This document shows, in pieces, positions 54,647 through 64,000 of a DNA stretch of 64,000 bases. A program made the translations under genes and the position numbers. Source of the stretch: Hormiphora californensis (taxonomy: Eukaryota; Animalia; Ctenophora). The number at the start of each line of letters is the position of its first letter. Position 1 is the stretch's first letter. The stretch spans positions 4,526,001 through 4,590,000 of the forward strand of contig CM035351.1 of the NCBI GenBank assembly GCA_020137815.1. The letters run 5' to 3'. The notes under the pieces are model-generated. The model had not been told where the DNA came from and did not search any database. It saw only the letters and a program-made list of their open reading frames with translations.

Positions 54647-57600
54647 TCACCCTGTCAAAGATAAAAAGAGGTGCTTGTCAAAGTGAGAGTTATGGTCAAT
54701 ATCCACACTTCCAGATCTGCTCAAAACCAAATCTCGAACTCTCTCCAACTCACTTTCAGCCCCGTTTTCCCGAGCCCATTTTACCCCCATCTCTATTGCC
54801 ACCCTGGAAGATGCACAGATAGTTGTTTCTTGTGTTGTAGAACAAGATACACGGATACAAAAAGCAGTAGCTGCTGTCCTGACCGTGTCATCAATACACT
54901 GACAATGAAGAATGGCTAGGGAGAGAAGACTTGCCACGATGGGAGATTTGGGGCTGTTGATCTGTTTAATTTGGAATAACAAGGCTAGGGTATCCATGTG
55001 GGATGGATCGAAGGAAAAGTATTGATCCAAGATATCAGGGCTGCACTGATGATCATCATACCCAATCGCCAGTAGAACCGATAGTGGGGTGTAATTAGTT
55101 TTTAAATCCAGAGTTGATACACCATTATGATGCTGCTCGTTGAGGCAATGAAACAGTGTTTTTGCAACAGTAGAACGGATAAACCGGCTGGCTGGTGAGT
55201 TGTAAAACTCGACCAACACACCCAAACCCTCAGAGGTGATGGTATTGTAAAGGTCATTAGTCTCCCAAAACACTTCAGTTAGGTTGGAACCGTGGGAAGA
55301 AATAATGTCAAGAACTCGGCCAGGTTCTCCTTTTGTTAGGTAGTAAAGCGCAAGGTGATCGTAGTTAGAGGGGTGAAGAGGTAGATCAGTAGTACCTCCA
55401 GGAATGTCACAATACTGGGCTATACTCAGTAACAGGGAAGTGTGGATGGGGGCAGTTGGGAGGATGACCTCAGTAAAAACAGGTTTGTAGCCCATTTTAC
55501 ATGCCTCCAACACGAACACCAATAAACCATGTTTCTCGTTACTAGCCGCTGTTTTCAGGGAACTAATGGCCATATCCAGTAAGTACTCCGTTGTTTCAGC
55601 ATTGCTGATAAGACAGGCAACCCGTGCAGCAACGGTTCTAATTTTGAAAACTGGTGAAGGGAGAAGCCCGAATAAAAGTGATGGGAAGGAAATTGCAGGA
55701 GATCCTGGGTCTGGGTACAGTTTGGAGAGGATCATGAGGGAGAGGAAGAGAGAGGGACAGTAGTTTGGCCGGCATGTCAGGTTGGAGATAACCTGCTTGT
55801 AAACACCGGGGTAGTGATATCGTAATTCTCTAATCGATAGAGTGGACCTGGGAGAGGGAGAGGAATAATATAACGGGTTTTATTTATTTATGTAGAGACT
55901 TCAGACGAAAGAGGGGAGTGTTATACTTATCGGGAAGTCGATATTAAATTGGACATGGTAGTATGGAAGATCACATACCTGTACCCTGTATCTGGATACT
56001 CTGTGTTGATGTGGTTCAGGATGAAGGTTATCAGCTCAGTAAACAGCAGCAAACTGGAGTTCCTGACCACCCAGAACTCGTGTATAAAACCACTGTATGT
56101 TAGTTCGCATATCTGGAGAGTGAGAATTGTATTTAGAAGAGTTGTAAAACTGTAATTTAGAATGCAGTTGGTGCAAATATCGCCGTGTGCGGCCGTAGAC
56201 TGTATGTACTATGTAGTGAACAACTATTATAAGTACAGTCGGACCCCGATTTAACGGCTGGAAAATCTTCCCCCGATAAAGGAAATTAACAGTATTTGAT
56301 CCCGATTTAGCGGATACCCTGATTTAACGGACAAAAACCTTTCCCCGAGGGTGCCGTTAAATCGGGGTCCGACTGCAGTACCAACCGAATTCTTCTTCAG
56401 GTATGCGGCTCATATCTTATGTTCCCATTGTATTGAACAGTGTTTTTTGGTTGTGATAGATACTAGTGTCTAGTAACGTTGGAGTTTAGACATACCTCTG
56501 AAATGAAAGGTGCCACATGAGATCTGAGACAGGCCGACGATACAACTAATCGTATCATGTTGAGTGCATGAACCTGCACCAAATCCTGTGTTTCCATTTC
56601 CCCTTCCTTGCTGTACGGAATCCGGGCTGTCTCCAGAAGGGATTCAATGGCAACCTTTGTAATGGTAACACGGGAACACTGAAGAACTGCCTCCAGAGCT
56701 TCGGGTAACCCAGCACTGCGCCGCGAGTGAGAGGAACCTGGGAGAGAGAGAAGAGGTAAAATTGTTGGAATGGCATAGGGTCGGATCCCTGAGAAAATAA
56801 TACAGTTGGGCCCACCCCGAGCATCACAGCAAATCAGGGTCCCACTGAGGTCCCAATGAGGTCCCAATGAGGTCCCAATGAGGTCCCACTGAGGTCCTAA
56901 TGAGGTCCCACTGAGGTCCTAATGAGGTCCCAATGAGGTCCAACTGAGGTCCCACTGAGGTCCTAATGAGGTCCTAATGAGGTCCCACTGAGCTCCCACT
57001 GAGGTCCCACTGAGATCCCACTTAGGTCCCAATGAGGTCCCAATGAGGTCCAACTGAGGTCCCACTGAGGTCCTAATGAGGTCCTAATGAGGTCCCACTG
57101 AGGTATGAAGTCCCAATGATGTGATTTACCTGTATTGCTATGAAGGGCAGCAAGAAGATTGTCCAGCCAGAGACGGGGTAGGGTATGGGTGTTGGGGTGT
57201 GGAGATGTAGTGATTGATAGCAGTTTTAGTAGCTCACAGGAACTGTTCGTAACAGACCGGTGACGACACCTGAACGAAATTAGGGTGTTTTAGATGATTA
57301 GAAAACGAAATTAGGTGATTAAAATATGGTCACCTTACTGATCACCTTATATATTACGATAAGTAGGTACATATCTCTATAGAAAATACAGCAATACAAA
57401 ATTGATAAAAAATACTATTTCCGTATCCCGTTAATACCTGAAGATGCAGAGCAGAGCAGTATTTCCCATTCGTTCCAAAATTCCAGAATCTCCATCCAAC
57501 TGCCGGACTTGGCCCTTAGCCAACGTGATAAGCGCTGATATAGCTGCGTAGATGGCAGTACACACCCGTTTACAGCTATCACCATCTCTTCCAACAATTG

Positions 57601-59435
57601 CTGCCTCTACAATCAGTATTACCTCTTCAAAGGAGGGTGCTGCGTAACCCTCGCTCTCTCCTGGATTGGATATCATACTCAGGAGGTGTTCTACTGTCAC
57701 CAGTATCCTCTCTACAACTTGGACCGCGAGAGGAGTGGGCTGGATGGCAGTGATGGAGGAGCATCTTGAAGGAAGGTCAATGTCCAGGACACTTTCTACT
57801 GTTGATACAAGGCTGAGGTCGATTAGCAGCATTGTAACACATTCAATAGAGCTATTGATCTGCTGTGCGTCTGGAGATGTGGACTGTTGAAGAATCCTTT
57901 CCTGCTAGCTTGGAAACCTCGCTATCCTCGTGATCAGTGAGTTCAGAAAGTTTTCCACGCACTGCATCTGACACATTGCAACTTGTAACAAGATAGAAGT
58001 TCAGTGCTAAGAGGAGCGTATGGTAGGGAGTATTTTTGTGTAAGTGGTCCTCAAAGACGTCCTGAATGGCAGCAAGAATTTCCGGTTGTCTCTTCAGAGT
58101 TTTTAACAGACTTTTTGCATGATCTCTGACAGTGGGACAAGCGATCGTTACAACGTGCCTCCAGTGCTCCTTCATGAACTCGACTTTTGAAAAAGGATGC
58201 TTCACTAGCAGTGATAGAAGAGCAGTTTGAACTTCAGCATCCCCGCTCCTGTGTACACCAGTTGAAACAATCAAACCCTCCAAATTCTTTCCTGAGAACC
58301 CATGGAAAATAGAAAATAAAAATATCCTCCCCTGAACACTTTTACAGTCCTTCACCATTTTAACTGATGCCTCCACGATTTCATCGGTGAGGAACTTATC
58401 CTTTCGAAACATTGCCGCTACGTACGTAGTTATCACTCTTGTGGTGTCTGTTTTGATTAGGTCCAGGGTCAGATTCAGGAGTTCCATAATTCGACCATCA
58501 CCATGTTTCTCGACCAACACTTTGATTACCTTTAGAGTGCTGTGGTCCAGCCGGTTATATCCGAGGTGACTCACTGCAGAACGGTACGCCTCTAAAACAG
58601 GCACGTCCAAAGTAGATGAGAAGTGAAGCTCCAAGAAGTGGTTAGTTTTCCTGCTATACCAGGGACCATCCATCGCCAACTCCCTGACTCTCTCATTCAA
58701 CTCAGGACATCGTTTCACACACTCTCGAAGAATACCGTCACAGACTCGGCCAGTACCGTATCCCCGGTCATCAATGTACAGGACGACACGCTCAAACAGG
58801 TCTTGGATCTTGGAGAATGGTGCCCGGTGACGAATTAGACAGGCGAGGATTGTATCCAGATGTACAAAAGGGAACATGGCCACTTCTCCCAAACACTCCT
58901 CGGCCAGCCCAACCGGAGGAGTGTAAATCTTGACTGCCGAGTTGTACCAGCATGCTTTCAGGTAGGGGATGGCGTGAAACCGGTCTCTACCAACCGTACA
59001 CACATCCTCACATTGTTCGTGGAGATGGAGGGCAAGGGGGAGGATGAGAACCAACTGATCACGTGGACAATTCTGGCACGTGTCCAAAAATAATAGTAAT
59101 TCCTCCCCGCTGATATTATCTATCTTGCAACCAGATCGAAGTTTTAGGTAAAGACCGTGACAGGAATTAGCAAACGAGTTCAGTTCAACTCGACTGAGAG
59201 AGCTTGCGGGGGTTTTGATTAGGTTTTTGTAGTTTTGGAGTAACCCACGAACAATTGAGTCTTGAGTTTCGGATGAGAGTTTCAGTTTTTCAGATTTCAC
59301 GCACTCTGTAAGCGCCTCTGTAAGGTAAACAAGTTGAGAGGGAGAGGCATCGGAGATAGAACTTCTAAGGGAGTTTTCTGCGGTAGGATCATCTTTAAGT
59401 TGTGCTACGATGGCCTTGCCATTAGACCTGGTCAT
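54647..59435 (-). CDS. THADA: THADA/Trm732-like paralog 2 (divergent, ~5 exons, one apparent frameshift near 57900)
   Basis: PWYSRK, RCRHR, LPRLWL, SRRSAGLP, QVHALNMIR, WVVRNSS, PSLFLSLMILSKLYP; exons ~57438-59435, 57131-57270, 56497-56737, 55979-56112, 54647-55847. Confidence 0.75.
56236..56375. mobile_element. 140-bp MITE (pogo/Tc1-like)
   Basis: TIR CAGTCGGACCCCGATTTAACGG / CCGTTAAATCGGGGTCCGACTG after TA. Confidence 0.8.
56838..57120. repeat. 11-bp minisatellite (GAGGTCCYAMT) in an intron
   Basis: About 25 tandem units visible. Confidence 0.95.
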
Positions 59436-60111
59436 AACCACTACCCTATAAAAGTGTAATTATGAGTGATCGGGTAACAAAAACCACAAAACCCAGGATT
59501 GTATAAGTAGCAGGTCACCCGCCAGGGTGATTCGCTACGCCATAGATAACATGTAGCAATCACTTTGCAGTATCATGTGGATAGTAGGTGCCCAAAAATA
59601 AAAGTATTAAATCTCCCTGTAATTAGAGAAAGAAAAACGATCGAGAATGTAAAATTCAAGACTAAGGACCAAAAACCCTTTCTAATGCTTAGTGCTTACT
59701 GTATGCGAGTGCTAACAGATGTTTGGGTCATTACAAAAAAGTTCCCCTGGCCCCCACTGTTCATTTACTGATTTGTGCCCTCTTTGTTCTCCCGGTCACC
59801 ATTCCTGAATAATACTTCGATTCTTACGTTATCAAACATTTCTCTATTTCATCACGTCATGTCCATGTGTGATAAATTAGAGGAAGACACGTGAACAAGT
59901 AAGAGATTATAAGTTCTTCTTTTCGGGGAAACCACGATTTGAGAAGAAGAAACCACACAATTCGACCACAAATAAGATACTCAATCTGTGGAATATGCTC
60001 TTTACTATGCGTTGTATCATTCAGTCGTATGATCGCAATTCGGCACAAAATACGTAAAACTTAGTAAATACGTTAATTCCCAGTGACAGATTCAACTTTC
60101 ACTTTTTAGTC

Positions 60112-61200
60112 ATGGCAATTTTTAGTGAAGGAGGAACCTCAGTTCCAGATTTTCCACTCATGATCTTCTTCATTCTGCTAGCCATAATTGCAGTTCCTCT
60201 AAACCTCCTAGTACTACGTCACAACTTTCAGAAACAGCCTTCAATAGCACGGACTCTCTACCTAGCACTCGGAACTGTGGATCTCTTAACATGTCCTACA
60301 ATTGGTATTCAAATGGCTGTTGTTCTTTGGAAGCAAAAAGACCCTGATTGTTTTACTGATACTGAGCAGGCAGACATTTGTGAAGACCAATATTACTACT
60401 ATGTAGATCGAACAAGTACGGCAGGGTGTTTATCTTATTCAGCAGCATACCTGTTTCTCTACAATGCCCCATTAATAATTACCAGCTACCTTATTATAGC
60501 AAGATTCTTTCAGATAAAGTTCCCCCTTAGAGAGATACCACGCAAATCGTTTTTCGGCTCTCTTATTGTATGCTTAAGTTTCATGTTAATCTTCCAAGGA
60601 GTTATTTTATTTTATTTTAATTTCATATCAAACGGTTCAACTGAGTTTTTACTGCAGATCTATTGCAACGCCTGTTTTCCTAATGTAGACTTTAATATTT
60701 TGGGATATTCTGTGTCTCTTACAAGCATAACATTAATAAATTATTATATACTACGTTGGATATTTCAAAGTATCGGTGCAGTGTGTGGGTTTCTGACTGC
60801 ATTGCACCTTTTCCAAAGATTTATGAATCCAGTCAGTAACAGCACTACTCGGTCCATTGGTAGCACCGTCAGAGTTCTGATTATCAACTCTCTTAGTTTC
60901 GTAAGCATGATTCTTGCAATGATATGCGATCAAGAAACGTTAGCGAATATTAGTAAGAATGAAATTCAAATAAAATCGTTTATATTTCATATGGTCTTTT
61001 TTTCTTATGTTGTCCAAGCACCAGTGAATTCTCTTTTGAACCCCATAATTTACATAGCCATGAGCCGAGAGTCTGTTTTCAAAACTGAAAATCTTGCTAG
61101 AAGAATTAATCATGCTAATGTGATTTTTAGGAATCGACTATTTTCCGGTGAAAATGTTGTCAATCCATGTGAGACTAACAGTACCCCTAATGCCAAGTAA
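60112..61200 (+). CDS. Intronless rhodopsin-like (class A) 7TM GPCR, orphan
   Basis: Seven hydrophobic segments; TM1 N, LALGTVDLL, ARF in place of DRY, NSLLNPIIY. Confidence 0.85.
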   Translation: MAIFSEGGTSVPDFPLMIFFILLAIIAVPLNLLVLRHNFQKQPSIARTLYLALGTVDLLTCPTIGIQMAVVLWKQKDPDCFTDTEQADICEDQYYYYVDRTSTAGCLSYSAAYLFLYNAPLIITSYLIIARFFQIKFPLREIPRKSFFGSLIVCLSFMLIFQGVILFYFNFISNGSTEFLLQIYCNACFPNVDFNILGYSVSLTSITLINYYILRWIFQSIGAVCGFLTALHLFQRFMNPVSNSTTRSIGSTVRVLIINSLSFVSMILAMICDQETLANISKNEIQIKSFIFHMVFFSYVVQAPVNSLLNPIIYIAMSRESVFKTENLARRINHANVIFRNRLFSGENVVNPCETNSTPNAK

Positions 61201-61317
61201 TACATATTTTGATTTTATCGAATGTTAGAATGTGTTGTACGCTGAGAATTTCCTGCTGTGAATACTTGTAGATTTTAAATTTCTAAAATTTTAACACTAT
61301 TGGTGCTTGTTACGCTC

Positions 61318-61515
61318 TAGTTACAAAATTGAAACCGGACATCAGTTTCTCTGGACAGCTGGGACACTCCTGGTGAATCATGCCACGCACGACATTTTCG
61401 ATCACGTGATCGATGTGAATTGCATTGAAAGCGTGTCAGCACTCCAAAGAGAAACTGACACCAGTTTTGACTGAAAACTGATACCAGGTTTCTATTTTTC
61501 TGATTTTGTAACTGG
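61318..61515. repeat. Small degenerate inverted-repeat element
   Basis: AGTTACAAAAT...ATTTTGTAACT ends. Confidence 0.4.
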
Positions 61516-62085
61516 TCCCTTCAAAAACTCTTGTTTTGGGGTGAGAGATACGTTCAGACTAAGGAGAGAGAAGAGTTGGCGTGCAATAGCCTTGTGGATG
61601 ACCATAAAATCTGAGCATATATAAGTAGACCTTATATTATGGGGTAAGACTATCCTCACTACGTGAGGCCGCTATGCAGCCTTACGTAAACGCAATGGGC
61701 CGAAGGCCCGGTTCGGAGAGGACAGTCGTATGTGAGACAAATTGGTGCACGATCGTCACACCAATGTTGAAACAAACTCAACGAAATTCTTCACTAAGAT
61801 GTGACTCATGGCATTCTCGAGATGATCATTGATAAAATTGCCCTTTTATGTGATGAGCGGCAAGCACATGAATAAATCAAGAGATATGTTGCTTCTGCGA
61901 ATCGAGAAGAAAAAAAAACCCACAAAATTCGATTAATAACTCATGTGGTTATTCAAATTTCCAGTTGTTTGCGTTATGGTGCGAGAATAGTCATTGAGGT
62001 AACTGTAACCAGTAAATTCACAAATCAAGAATCAAAAAATCACATGAGAAAAGCATAAAAAAGAAGCATTTTTTGCTCGAACTTT

Positions 62086-63387
62086 CTAGGACCCCTTAGT
62101 GCCTCGGATCATTTTCTCAAGCATGTCCCACTGATCCGGAGTAACCTTTGAAAGTCCATTGAACATGCCACCCATGTAATTAGCCATTCCCCCATCGAGA
62201 TCTAATTCTCTGTCCAGGTCAGCCAGGACGACACGGGGTGAACCAAATAACATGCCAAGTTAGCTATCTCCTCTCCTTCACCCATTCGACCAACTGGAAG
62301 GTTGTCCAGACCTGCCTCCATGAAAGATCCGGTAGGGTCGAGCCTATCAAATGCGCCCTTCGTGTAAATGGGACCGGGTCCAATACTGTTCAACCGGATT
62401 CCATATCGACCCCACTCAGAAGCCAAGGAATGTGTCATGGCATCAACCCCTGCCTTGGCACAGGCAGAGGGGAGAACAAAACCAGTCCCTTTGAATCCAG
62501 AAACAGTAATATTCAGGAAAGTCCCTCCTGTCTTTTCTTTGATCATCATATTACCGAACGTCGAGGTCACATTAAACGTGCCCTGCAGAACGATACTTGT
62601 GACTGTGTTGAACCCCTTGGGTGTGAGTCGCTCCGAGGGTGCAATAAAGTTTCCCGCAGCATTGTTGATGACGGATTTGGGGATACCGTGATCGGTTACA
62701 ATCTGGTTGGCAACCTCTTGAACCTAGAAACAAACGGAGATTAAACGGATACAGAAATTGTTAAGTTCATGTGTTACCACGCTTGGTTGTTTGTGAACAA
62801 ACTCAGACAATAGAGTATTGTAGGGGGCGTCGATTAGTTATCACTTACCCTCTCCTGATCTCGAATGTCCATGGAATAGTAATGAACCGTATTTCCAGTG
62901 AGATTTCCAATTTCCTCCGAAGTCCCTTTTAGCTTCTCCTCACTGCGACTTGCAATGCACACGTTAGCTCCCAGTTTTGATAACATCGTTGCCATGGCCT
63001 TACCAAGTCCTGTGGCACCTCCTGTCACCAAAATGGTATGCCCTGAAAATATTTGAAGGTAATACACACGTGTAGAGTCTCCTACCTATACCGTCAGTTT
63101 AACAGCCCACACTGACACTAAGGAAGAAAGTACAGTACCGATCAATTTGATTTTGAAAACTATTACTAAGCACAGTTATGTACCCAGGATAAGGGTAACA
63201 TATCCCTTACATGCTAAAGCCTTGCACAAGCCAGCGTCCCACTAGAAGAAGAACAGTATGCTTGCCTACCTTTGAAAGCGTCTTGTTGAAATATGGGCTC
63301 ATTAAAAACAGGGAAATGTACACTCTGGGGCTTTGTCTTTAATTGTCGAACATGACCAACGTTTCTTAATATGGAACGTGTGAACAT
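62086..63387 (-). CDS. DECR1: Mitochondrial 2,4-dienoyl-CoA reductase (3 exons; two apparent 1-nt insertions near 62200-62217)
   Basis: VTGGATGLG, INNAAGNFIAPSERL, SACAKAGV, IGPGPIYTKGAFDRLDP, DGG...KVTPDQWD...TKGS*; exons ~63270-63387, 62849-63042, 62086-62723. Confidence 0.92.
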
Positions 63388-64000
63388 TGCTGACAAAAAA
63401 ATGAAAGGGTTAAAACAACAAGATTTACAGTGCTGCTTGTAGTCGCATTACCGTAATGGAAATACAGTAATGAGAGGCACACTTTGCATAACGTGCAGCA
63501 AAAAGTGCATTTGTTCAGCATGTACTAGCACCCTGATTGGCTACGGTTGTGCGTCGTCTTACTGTATCTCCGTTTTCCATTACCGTTTTCCCACTACAAG
63601 CGACCGTGTAAGTGCATTATGTTCTAACATGATAACGCTGAATTTCCCTGCCCTGTGAAGTTGTGAAGAAAGGACATCATGGCTACATTTGCTGTTACAG
63701 CAAGCGGCACACAAAATCCCAATCATATATACTATCTCAGACAAACAGATCAAATCCTTGTGTTTTAGTAGCACTGAATTGTGCGCCACACAGCTACATT
63801 GTGCGCAACACATTTCCTGAAAACGTGTCATAACGTGGTTGATGAAGGAGCAGCTCGTCACTGTGTGTGCGGCTACACCGTTGCCCCTGGCAATAACGTG
63901 ACAAAAAAGGTCCGTCTGCAGGATTTTTTTCGGGCATTAAGCTGACGCGTACCAAGTCTCATACCACCCGGGTATAGACGGCATAGCCTGAAACCCTCCG

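Noticed and set aside
56838-57120. CRISPR-like array (also 28510-28770)
   Set aside because: Contiguous 10-11 bp units without unique spacers in eukaryotic introns.
60112-61200. Opsin
   Set aside because: No lysine at the TM7 retinal-binding position before NPIIY.
62195-62220. Programmed frameshift or pseudogenisation of DECR1
   Set aside because: Two single-base homopolymer extensions restore the conserved C-terminus when removed; most likely sequencing errors.

Overview
Intron-rich animal genomic DNA, most likely a cydippid ctenophore (Pleurobrachia-like). This assignment is inferred from the repeat families and a spliced-leader-like sequence recognised from memory. Seven consecutive genes lie on the minus strand: THADA-like 2, ACADS, a NAB-domain gene, CCDC13, MIF-like, MVP (major vault protein) and THADA-like 1. 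DECR1 (minus) and an intronless class A GPCR (plus) sit at the right end. A small Ly6/three-finger-like gene is nested antisense in a ~17 kb THADA intron. Introns are packed with non-autonomous DNA transposons (many are giant palindromes with diagnostic TSDs), Helitrons, a tRNA-derived SINE and non-LTR retrotransposon pieces. The most notable items are: (1) a 131-bp TSD-flanked insert made of a spliced-leader-like exon joined directly to a hammerhead ribozyme core; (2) very tight co-oriented gene spacing with splice-acceptor-like sites just before each ATG, suggesting a trans-spliced operon; (3) an intact HDV-like ribozyme at the 5' end of an RTE-like element; (4) two divergent THADA paralogs. 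Exon coordinates were read by eye and are approximate, and the assembly shows probable homopolymer and chimera errors.
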